A stretch of DNA of 64,000 nt from a virus (taxonomy: Duplodnaviria > Caudoviricetes), in the IMG/VR virus record IMGVR_UViG_3300030376_003859, positions 878 through 64,877 of that record, one strand, 5' to 3'. Of the stretch, positions 56,783 through 64,000 are shown piece after piece (position 1 is the first letter of the stretch; the number at the start of each line of letters is the position of its first letter). Under the pieces are notes generated by a model. It did no database searches. It was not told where the DNA came from and saw nothing but the letters and a program-made list of their open reading frames with translations. The translations under genes were made by a program, and so were the position numbers.

Positions 56783-57086
56783 AGATTGTAATATTTGTGA
56801 AGGCAAGGGTTGGTATGAAGTTGCTAATTATAGATTAGAACAAATGGAATGGGTTGAATGTATGGATTGTTTATTACAAGAACAATACAAAGAACACATA
56901 ACAGAACAGTTAGCAGATTTATTAACAAAGTCAAGCAAGCACCAATTGGCACTTATTGTTTCAACTTTTACAATAAACCAAATGGATAAAAATGACAATG
57001 ATGATATAGCGAGACTTGAAGGAATGATTCAAACTAAGAATTACCTTAACGCTATTCATGTAGCAAAAGCATACGCAGGTGAATAA
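56775..57086 (+). CDS. Protein with DnaJ-like Zn finger
   Basis: CNICEGKG...CMDC. Confidence 0.55.
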   Translation: MNKDCNICEGKGWYEVANYRLEQMEWVECMDCLLQEQYKEHITEQLADLLTKSSKHQLALIVSTFTINQMDKNDNDDIARLEGMIQTKNYLNAIHVAKAYAGE

Positions 57087-57087
57087 T

Positions 57088-57453
57088 ATGATTTATATGT
57101 TTAGAGAATTAACAGAAATAACATTTCTAAATTATGTTATGAGTTGGCATCAAAACCAATCAATGAGCGTATTGTTTCACACGGCTTTTGAATTAGAAAA
57201 AGCAGGAATAGAGATAGATGAAAACACAATCAAGAGTTGTGCAGTTTCATTACAACGCCAATTTAAGAAGTTAGGTGTGCGGTTGTTTCAAAACCCTAAT
57301 GCCGATATAACAAAAGATAATTATATTCTTACGGAAGAAGCATGGGATTTTATTGTGGCTAATTTACACGATACAATCTATGATGAAAACGGAGAAAAAG
57401 AAGGTGAGTATTTCCTTCACCCAAATAAACTAACAGGAGAGATGATAATATGA
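57088..57453 (+). CDS. Hypothetical protein
   Basis: ATG after GGTGA. Confidence 0.55.
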   Translation: MIYMFRELTEITFLNYVMSWHQNQSMSVLFHTAFELEKAGIEIDENTIKSCAVSLQRQFKKLGVRLFQNPNADITKDNYILTEEAWDFIVANLHDTIYDENGEKEGEYFLHPNKLTGEMII

Positions 57454-57692
57454 ATACAAATGTAGAATTTAGAATAGTAGATAGCCCCGATTTACCACCT
57501 TTGGTAATATCGCAGAATGAAGATGACGAACCAAAAGTGGTAATTAATACTCATCATAGACTATGGATTAGTCTAAATCGTAGAGTAATTGCAGGAATTG
57601 TTGATAACCTTCAAGAGAAAATGGATATGATTCTAACAAGTTATTTAGAAGAAAGTTATGCTTTTGAAAAACAAGATAGGGAGTTTGTTTGA
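57450..57692 (+). CDS. Hypothetical protein
   Basis: 80 aa, coupled. Confidence 0.55.
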   Translation: MNTNVEFRIVDSPDLPPLVISQNEDDEPKVVINTHHRLWISLNRRVIAGIVDNLQEKMDMILTSYLEESYAFEKQDREFV

Positions 57693-57693
57693 A

Positions 57694-58110
57694 ATGACAG
57701 TTCAAAAAGAATGTCAAATGTGCAAAGCACTTTTTGTAACAAGAACTGCTAAATCAGCAAGATGGGAAAAACATTGTCTTGATTGTTATTTAAAAGTTAA
57801 AAATAACAAATCTTTTCAACTTAAAAGGTATGAAGAGGTAGAAGATAATAAACTTAAATCAATTAGAGTTGATATTGCTAAATTACAACAAGAAGTTGAT
57901 TCAATACCAAGTATAATCAAAGGAGAGTTAAATGACTCATTAAATACATTAATAGATGCAGACTTTCTTAAAATAGTAAAGGAAGAGATGCATACTCAAC
58001 TTTTTTCTTTATGGTTAGAAAAACAAGAAGAAGATAAACAATTCAAAGAGAAGATGCAAAGGCAACTTCTTACACTCAACAACAAGATTTTGGAGTTGAT
58101 GAAAAAATAA
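57694..58110 (+). CDS. Zn-ribbon plus coiled-coil protein
   Basis: CQMC...CLDC then heptad helices. Confidence 0.55.
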   Translation: MTVQKECQMCKALFVTRTAKSARWEKHCLDCYLKVKNNKSFQLKRYEEVEDNKLKSIRVDIAKLQQEVDSIPSIIKGELNDSLNTLIDADFLKIVKEEMHTQLFSLWLEKQEEDKQFKEKMQRQLLTLNNKILELMKK

Positions 58111-58146
58111 AGTCAAGGCTTAAAGGAGGCCGACAAAACTTATTTG

Positions 58147-58162
58147 TGAACTCCTTTAAATA
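58147..58162 (+). promoter_or_regulatory. BRE/TATA-like promoter TGAACTCCTTTAAATA
   Basis: Matches 50066-50081; upstream of the ubiquitin-like gene. Confidence 0.65.
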
Positions 58163-58197
58163 GTTAAGAGGAATAGCAAGAACGGAGAGGATTAATT

Positions 58198-58407
58198 ATG
58201 TCAATTAGATTAAGAATTATGAATGAAACAGGCCACACAGAAGTGTTGATGGCTTCAAGTGAGATTATAGAACAGATAGATACCCACCCTACCCATTGGG
58301 CGATAGTGGATGGAGATATTGTATCGAGAGAAGAAATTAGAGGTATCAATTGGGAAGAAGTATCTTCCGTTGATTTGATTCCGGCAATTGTCGGAGGACA
58401 GGAATAA
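58198..58407 (+). CDS. Ubiquitin-like beta-grasp protein (ThiS/MoaD/SAMP-like)
   Basis: 69 aa; N-terminal beta strands, AIVDG, and a C-terminal VDLIPAIVGG+QE diglycine. Confidence 0.7.
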   Translation: MSIRLRIMNETGHTEVLMASSEIIEQIDTHPTHWAIVDGDIVSREEIRGINWEEVSSVDLIPAIVGGQE

Positions 58408-58442
58408 GCGAAGTTTGCTAATTCCCTCTAACTACCTTTCTT

Positions 58443-58491
58443 GGGGTAGCATATAGTTTAGTTCCATTTACTATATGCTATCCCTTTTTTT
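58443..58491 (+). terminator. 15-bp hairpin plus T7 tract
   Basis: GGGGTAGCATATAGT / ACTATATGCTATCCC (one G-U pair) followed by TTTTTTT. Confidence 0.75.
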
Positions 58492-58582
58492 AATAAACAA
58501 AAATGGACTTTTAATTCCTTATTTAAAGATAAGGGATATATTTATGACGGCTTCTTAAGTCGGAAAAATGCAGGTGAAAAAT

Positions 58583-60445
58583 ATGGAACAAGCCCCCAAT
58601 AAGAAAATTTTATCAGATATAACAGTGCATATGAAATATGCCAAATTTAAACCCGAACTTCTAAGAAGAGAAACATGGGAAGAGATTTGTGAAAGAAATA
58701 TGAATATGCATATTAAGAAATATCCAATGTTAGAACAAGACATTAGAGATGTTTATGCACATTTTGTATTACCAAAGTTGGTATTACCATCAATGCGCTC
58801 AATGCAATTTGCAGGAAAGCCAATTGATATATCACCAAATAGAGTATATAATTGTGCATATATGCCAATAGATTCACATTTAGCCTTTAGTGAGGCTATG
58901 TTTTTATTACTTGGTGGAACAGGAGTTGGATATTCTGTTCAAAGACACCATGTAGAACAATTACCCGAATTAGTAATGCCAAATCCGGATAGACAAAGAA
59001 GATATTTAATTGCCGATTCAATTGAAGGTTGGGCTGATGCAGTTAAAATTCTTTTAGAGTGTTATATGGGAATTAGGAAATCAACTCCTATTTTTGATTA
59101 TTCCGACATAAGAGAGAAAGGAGCATTATTAATTACTTCTGGTGGTAAAGCGCCCGGTTCTCAACCATTAAGAGAATGTTTAGTTAAAATAGAAGGAATC
59201 TTACAAAGATGCGGTAATTATCAACTTAATCCTATATATTGCCATGATATTATGTGTCATATTGCTGATGCAGTATTAAGTGGTGGAATTAGGAGAGCCG
59301 CTATGATTAGTTTGTTTTCTGCTGATGATATGGGAATGATTGCCGCTAAATCCGGTAAATGGTGGGAAAATAACCCACAAAGGGGCAGGGCAAACAATTC
59401 AGCCGTTTTACTTAGACATAGAATAACTAAAGATTATTTCTTAGATTTGTGGAATAGAATTAAAGCGTCAGGAAGCGGAGAACCCGGAATTTATTTCAAT
59501 AATGATAAAGATTGGGGAACTAATCCTTGTTGTGAGATTGCTTTACGACCATATCAGTTTTGTAATTTAACAGAAGTTAATGCTTCTAATGTAAAAGACC
59601 AAGCGGATTTAGAAGCAAGAGTTAGTGCGGGAGCATTCTTAGGAACTTTACAAGCAGGATATACTGATTTTCATTATTTAAGAGAAATATGGAGAAAGAA
59701 TACAGAAAAAGATGCACTATTAGGAGTATCTATGACAGGTATTGCCGCTAATAAAGTAGCGGAATTAGATTTACATATGGCCGCAATTGAGGTAGTTAAT
59801 GAAAATAAGAGAGTAGCAGAAATAATAGGGATAAAACCTGCGGCAAGAACAACTTGCATAAAACCTGCCGGAACGACTTCTCTTGTTTTAGGAACAAGTA
59901 GTGGTATTCATGCTTATCACGATGAGTATTATATTAGGAGACTAAGAGTTGGTAAAAATGAAGCGATTTATGACTACCTCGCCAAAGAGCATCCATCGTT
60001 AATTGAAGATGAGTATTTTAAGCCACACGAACAAGCGGTTATTTCAGTTCCTCAACAAGCACCATTAAATGCTATTACTCGTAATGAATCAGTATTTGAT
60101 TTATTAGAAAGAATTAAGGAATTTAGTATTAGTTGGGTTAGAGCAGGACATAAAGATGGGCTAAATACTCATAATGTTTCAGCGACAGTTTCTATTAAAG
60201 AAGATGAATGGGAATCTGTCGGAGATTGGTTTTGGCTTAACCGACATTATTATAATGGGCTTTCAGTCCTTCCTTTTGATGGGGGAACATATACTCAAGC
60301 ACCGTTTGAAACTTGCGATAAAGACAAGTTTGAAGAATTAAGCGGAGCATTGACAAATGTTGATTTAACGAAAGTTATTGAAACTCAAGACAATACTGAC
60401 TTGTCGGGTGAATTAGCCTGTGCAGGTGGGTCTTGCGAAATATAA
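58583..60445 (+). CDS. nrdJ: Class II (B12-dependent, monomeric-type) ribonucleotide reductase
   Basis: PSMRSMQ, YNCA, TNPCCEI, FCNLTEV, TCIKPAGTTS and C-terminal ACAGGSCEI. Confidence 0.9.
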   Translation: MEQAPNKKILSDITVHMKYAKFKPELLRRETWEEICERNMNMHIKKYPMLEQDIRDVYAHFVLPKLVLPSMRSMQFAGKPIDISPNRVYNCAYMPIDSHLAFSEAMFLLLGGTGVGYSVQRHHVEQLPELVMPNPDRQRRYLIADSIEGWADAVKILLECYMGIRKSTPIFDYSDIREKGALLITSGGKAPGSQPLRECLVKIEGILQRCGNYQLNPIYCHDIMCHIADAVLSGGIRRAAMISLFSADDMGMIAAKSGKWWENNPQRGRANNSAVLLRHRITKDYFLDLWNRIKASGSGEPGIYFNNDKDWGTNPCCEIALRPYQFCNLTEVNASNVKDQADLEARVSAGAFLGTLQAGYTDFHYLREIWRKNTEKDALLGVSMTGIAANKVAELDLHMAAIEVVNENKRVAEIIGIKPAARTTCIKPAGTTSLVLGTSSGIHAYHDEYYIRRLRVGKNEAIYDYLAKEHPSLIEDEYFKPHEQAVISVPQQAPLNAITRNESVFDLLERIKEFSISWVRAGHKDGLNTHNVSATVSIKEDEWESVGDWFWLNRHYYNGLSVLPFDGGTYTQAPFETCDKDKFEELSGALTNVDLTKVIETQDNTDLSGELACAGGSCEI

Positions 60446-60455
60446 GGTGAAAACT

Positions 60456-60830
60456 ATGAAGAAACTCTTTGCTACATACAAGGAGTATCTTTCAGCAGTA
60501 ATAATAATGATTAGGGATTATTCGCCAGCGAATATCCATAGAGTAAAAATGGCAATAAATGTCTGTGAATCTTTGATAGATGATAGAGACAAAATATATA
60601 GAATGAATGATACTCTTATGCTTTGTTTTTGGGATATTAGAGAAGCGATTGAAATGGGTTTCCCTCAATATCTAAAGAAGGAATTAAAACTCTCTAAAGA
60701 AATAGTTGAGTATCATAAATATAATTGTGATGGTGAACCGGATTGTAAGGTTTGCCAAGTTCAAATAAAAATCAAAGAACAATTGAGGAATAACAATGAA
60801 AGAAAAAAACCCGAACTATACCCTGTCTAA
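60456..60830 (+). CDS. Hypothetical protein
   Basis: ATG after GGTGA; CDGEPDCKVC. Confidence 0.55.
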   Translation: MKKLFATYKEYLSAVIIMIRDYSPANIHRVKMAINVCESLIDDRDKIYRMNDTLMLCFWDIREAIEMGFPQYLKKELKLSKEIVEYHKYNCDGEPDCKVCQVQIKIKEQLRNNNERKKPELYPV

Positions 60831-60957
60831 TAGGACAAAGAAAAGAATAGCCACACGATGCCGTGTGTGCGGAGGGCAGTTATTAAACGCCCAAGAAATT
60901 AAAAATGAAATTCACGCAGAATGCGATAAAGATAATAAAAATATTTATTTGATGTGA
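60796..60957 (+). CDS. 53-aa Zn-finger peptide
   Basis: Manual ORF MKEKNPNY...RCRVCGGQLL...HAEC; GAGG SD. Confidence 0.5.
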   Translation: MKEKNPNYTLSNRTKKRIATRCRVCGGQLLNAQEIKNEIHAECDKDNKNIYLM

Positions 60958-60961
60958 TAAT

Positions 60962-62224
60962 ATGACAGAATACCAAAATGGAAGAATAAAAATGCCGGAA
61001 TGCACAGTAAGAATAGCAAGACCCGATGATTCAAGAATAATGGATGAAACAACTATAAGATGTGATACACATAGTTTTGGAACTACAAGGTCTATTAGTA
61101 TTCAAAGAGGAAAAAAAGACCCTGTTCATGCAGGATTAGAAGATTTTTGGAGAGGAATTATTTCTCCAAGAAATAGATACAGTAGAGGATTTGGCTATAA
61201 ATTTAATCATGTTGTTATGATTAAAACCTGTCCTGTTGTATTAAGCCGAGAAGGTATTAGGTATCAACTAAATGGTAAATCATATAGCCTTGCTACCATA
61301 TGTTCAGCATTAGCAAGGCTAACTTTCAAATCTTGTTTTGAAGATAATCCGGAAGTATTGTTGAGTAGTTTATATTCAACATTATCACTACCGGAAAATG
61401 TTAGATATTGTTTAGAGAATCGTGCGCCATATCATTTTATTCATGACTTTGAAAAAATAGAAGTTAGACTAAATGTTGTGCAAATAGATGATAATATGCT
61501 CGCTATGGAAATAAGCGATGGTGTTTGGGGAGAAATAACCCCAAGACAATTAGATACTTTTTGTAATTTTTATCATCTTGGTAAAGCAAGAGGTTCATGG
61601 AAAAAACTTGGCCCAAAATATTTATTCAAGAAACTAATTGGCCGAGAACCAACAACTGCTGAAAAGAAAGTTATGAGAGCATTTCTAATGCAGAACAGAA
61701 CTCAAGATATGGTTGAAGAAAGAGCATTACAATTAGTAAAGGATTTATGCAAACAACATGATGGTCGTATTCATGCAGTTTATGATGAACTCGGAGTATT
61801 AACTACAATGTATGTTAGAGGTAGAGGCTACGATTGGAAACTAACTAATAACAGATATAAGACAGGAATACAAATGGTATCAACTTATATTTGGCAACCA
61901 AAGAAAGATGTTGTTGCTGAATTTGCAGAACAGAATTGGATGCTTGGAAACATTAGTGAAGTTGAAGGAACAAAGTATTTCAATATCACTGAAGATAATA
62001 AAGAAGATTTCAAGTTTTGGAGTGGGCCGATTTGTATAGACAATGTAGCGAATAATTCACCATTAGGCGACCAATTCGCAGGTAGAGCATTAGCACTTCT
62101 AAATGATTTAATAACAGTAAAAATGGTATCAACTATCAGGGGATATATGACACACGATGCGAATAAATATAGGATTGAGGGGAATGAAATTAATTTGCGA
62201 AGAATGCAGAAGCCAAAACAATGA
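60962..62224 (+). CDS. Hypothetical 420-aa protein
   Basis: Long ORF, no motif recognised. Confidence 0.7.
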   Translation: MTEYQNGRIKMPECTVRIARPDDSRIMDETTIRCDTHSFGTTRSISIQRGKKDPVHAGLEDFWRGIISPRNRYSRGFGYKFNHVVMIKTCPVVLSREGIRYQLNGKSYSLATICSALARLTFKSCFEDNPEVLLSSLYSTLSLPENVRYCLENRAPYHFIHDFEKIEVRLNVVQIDDNMLAMEISDGVWGEITPRQLDTFCNFYHLGKARGSWKKLGPKYLFKKLIGREPTTAEKKVMRAFLMQNRTQDMVEERALQLVKDLCKQHDGRIHAVYDELGVLTTMYVRGRGYDWKLTNNRYKTGIQMVSTYIWQPKKDVVAEFAEQNWMLGNISEVEGTKYFNITEDNKEDFKFWSGPICIDNVANNSPLGDQFAGRALALLNDLITVKMVSTIRGYMTHDANKYRIEGNEINLRRMQKPKQ

Positions 62225-63032
62225 GTTTAATGAACGGCTTGGCGAAACAGTTTGTAAAGACTGTGGACTTGTTTTGATAACAGAAATGTTTGAAGAGACA
62301 GTTCATATTCTTGATTCAACAGGAGAATTGGTTCATTCACCGGACAGAAATAAATTAGGTTCTGTAATAACAGGAAAGGGTTCTTTCAAGTATAATAAGT
62401 ATGGAATGAATAGTGTTTTACCTAAGCATATCCAAAATGGAATTAGATTTTGTAATATGGTATTGGCGAATGTAGCACCGAATAGTTCTCTTCAACCAAG
62501 AATTGAAAAATTATACATTGATTGTCTAAATAGAAATATATTTGGTAGAAGTCAATACGAAGCAAGAGCAACCGCAGTTGTTTATTATGCTCTAAAAGAG
62601 AATGGAACACCGCACACTATCAAAGATGTATGCGCTGAATTTAACCCTAATGTTAAATCAGTTAAAAGATTAGTAAGGAAGATTAATCAGTTTCATAGAA
62701 ATAGCATTAATTACAAACCGATTAATCCGCAGTATGCTTTGATACAGACATTAACAAAAATAACAGATGACATGATATTTAGAAATCAATGTATTCGGGT
62801 ATTAGAGTATTTTGAAACAGTAGTCGTAAACTCAACCTTCAATAAAGGTAGGTCATACTACGCTTCTATTATTTGGATAGCGGCTAATGTATATGTTAAG
62901 GATAATATTACTAAAGAGAGAATATGTGAGAAAACAGGATTCTCAAGATGGATTGTTTGGAAACAAACAAAAGCAATACTGAATTTAATCGGTGTTGAAT
63001 TAGTTGAAGAACTAAAAGGAAAGGAATTATAA
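62184..63032 (+). CDS. tfb: Transcription initiation factor B (TFB/TFIIB) homologue
   Basis: Zn ribbon CEEC...GETVCKDCGLV, then two cyclin-like repeats (RSQYEARATAVVYYA; GRSYYASIIWIAA). Confidence 0.85.
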   Translation: MKLICEECRSQNNEFNERLGETVCKDCGLVLITEMFEETVHILDSTGELVHSPDRNKLGSVITGKGSFKYNKYGMNSVLPKHIQNGIRFCNMVLANVAPNSSLQPRIEKLYIDCLNRNIFGRSQYEARATAVVYYALKENGTPHTIKDVCAEFNPNVKSVKRLVRKINQFHRNSINYKPINPQYALIQTLTKITDDMIFRNQCIRVLEYFETVVVNSTFNKGRSYYASIIWIAANVYVKDNITKERICEKTGFSRWIVWKQTKAILNLIGVELVEELKGKEL

Positions 63033-63295
63033 TGTTGAATAATAAAAATGGAAAATTGTATGTAGGAGATAAAGAAGTAATCAAAGGCTACGAATCGTTT
63101 AGCGGTTGGTATTGGTTTGCTACTGAAATAGAACAAGAAGATTATGGAGGACACCCTCTATATTTTGGCTATGTTCAAGGCTTTGAAAATGAATGGGGTT
63201 CTTTTTGGTATGGCGAACTTGAACCACTGATTAAACAGGGCAGAATTTGGGAAATTAAAGAAATTGATTTACCCCATGCAGGAAGGAGAGATTAA
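63032..63295 (+). CDS. DUF2958-like protein
   Basis: GWYWFATE...YFGYVQGFENEWGSF...EL pattern. Confidence 0.6.
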   Translation: MLNNKNGKLYVGDKEVIKGYESFSGWYWFATEIEQEDYGGHPLYFGYVQGFENEWGSFWYGELEPLIKQGRIWEIKEIDLPHAGRRD

Positions 63296-63296
63296 A

Positions 63297-63527
63297 ATGT
63301 GGAAAGGAACAGAAGAAGAATTAGAAAAAATAAGAGTATCAAGACACAATACGGAAATGATGTATTTAGAAAGAAAAGAAGACATTGTTAAAGATATAGA
63401 TAGATTGTATAATGCTGATTTAGAAAACAATATGACACTACTCAAAAAAGACGATTGGATTTTAAATTTCTTTATGGAAATGTATATCGCAGTTAATATG
63501 CTTAGTAGCATGGAGGAATCAAAATGA
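63297..63527 (+). CDS. Hypothetical protein
   Basis: ATG after GGAGAG; 76 aa. Confidence 0.55.
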   Translation: MWKGTEEELEKIRVSRHNTEMMYLERKEDIVKDIDRLYNADLENNMTLLKKDDWILNFFMEMYIAVNMLSSMEESK

Positions 63528-63955
63528 TTTATTCATTAGTAGGATTAGGAACAGGATTAGTCTTAGGTTATTACTTAGGCTCAAGAAATAATTTAGATAT
63601 TGATTTGTATAATGCCATTAAAGAAGAAATGAAAACAGAAAAAAAGCAAAGTATTTCAAATGCGACTAAAAAGGGAATGGCTAACTGTAAGAAAAGCCTT
63701 ACAAGATTTACAAATAACATCTATGGGTGGAATGCTACCGATAGCGGGGATTTGATTCCCAATTGGGATGAACAAGCCCTTATTGATAGAATGAGAGTTG
63801 AAAGAAAAAGCCATTTATCTTATTCGCTTATAGCAAAAAGACTGAATGTAGAAGGATATAAAGGAAAGAAAGGCGGTAAATTTCAAGGAATAACAATTAA
63901 AAGAATATTAGAAAATGATATTCATTATAGAAGAGAAGAATTTAGGGAGGAATAA
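63524..63955 (+). CDS. Membrane-anchored protein with recombinase-type HTH
   Basis: N-terminal TM helix; SYSLIAKRLNVEGYKGKKGGKFQGITIKRIL resembles the serine-recombinase DNA-binding motif; no catalytic domain. Confidence 0.55.
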   Translation: MIYSLVGLGTGLVLGYYLGSRNNLDIDLYNAIKEEMKTEKKQSISNATKKGMANCKKSLTRFTNNIYGWNATDSGDLIPNWDEQALIDRMRVERKSHLSYSLIAKRLNVEGYKGKKGGKFQGITIKRILENDIHYRREEFREE

Positions 63956-63957
63956 AA

Positions 63958-64000
63958 ATGAAAAGAAAAGTATTAGTAATTGGAGCAGGTGGTATTGGGA
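63958..64000 (+). CDS. Probable ThiF/MoeB/E1-like enzyme, N-terminal fragment
   Basis: MKRKVLVIGAGGIG is a Rossmann GxGxxG start; truncated by the window edge. Confidence 0.5.
   Translation, partial: MKRKVLVIGAGGIG

Noticed and set aside
63524-63955. Integrase or serine recombinase
   Set aside because: Only the DNA-binding motif is present; there is no catalytic domain and no att-like site was seen.

Overview
About 64 kb of an AT-rich tailed (HK97-fold, siphovirus-like) dsDNA virus genome. The host is most likely archaeal: the virus carries a TFB homologue, TATA-type promoters and GGTGA/GGAGG Shine-Dalgarno sites. The gene set (class II RNR, ATP-dependent ligase, UV glycosylase) fits a marine Poseidoniales/MGII 'magrovirus'; this host assignment is inference. 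Positions 1-44.9 kb are one leftward morphogenesis block: tail tip, tape measure, frameshifted tail chaperones, tail tube, adaptor, a small-GTPase/membrane module, capsid, protease-scaffold, ligase, portal and terminase. Positions 45-49.5 kb hold short genes punctuated by nine copies of a palindromic operator-like repeat, plus a structured non-coding region. Positions 49.5-50 kb look like an origin at the strand switch, and 50-64 kb is a rightward early/replication arm. The main unexplained signal is that about 20 otherwise unrelated genes in the head module begin with (or contain) the same short peptide, M-x-W-x-x-[ILVF]-[ILM]-K, which also ends the scaffold. This looks like a capsid-targeting and protease-release code for a large packaged, injected cargo, analogous to the T4 internal-protein CTS but Lys-based. 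Other highlights are an Arf/Sar1-like GTPase with membrane partners, a ubiquitin-like protein with a probable E1/ThiF, pseudoknotted non-coding RNA candidates and a three-member paralogue family. All product calls come from motif recognition by eye; no database searches were run.
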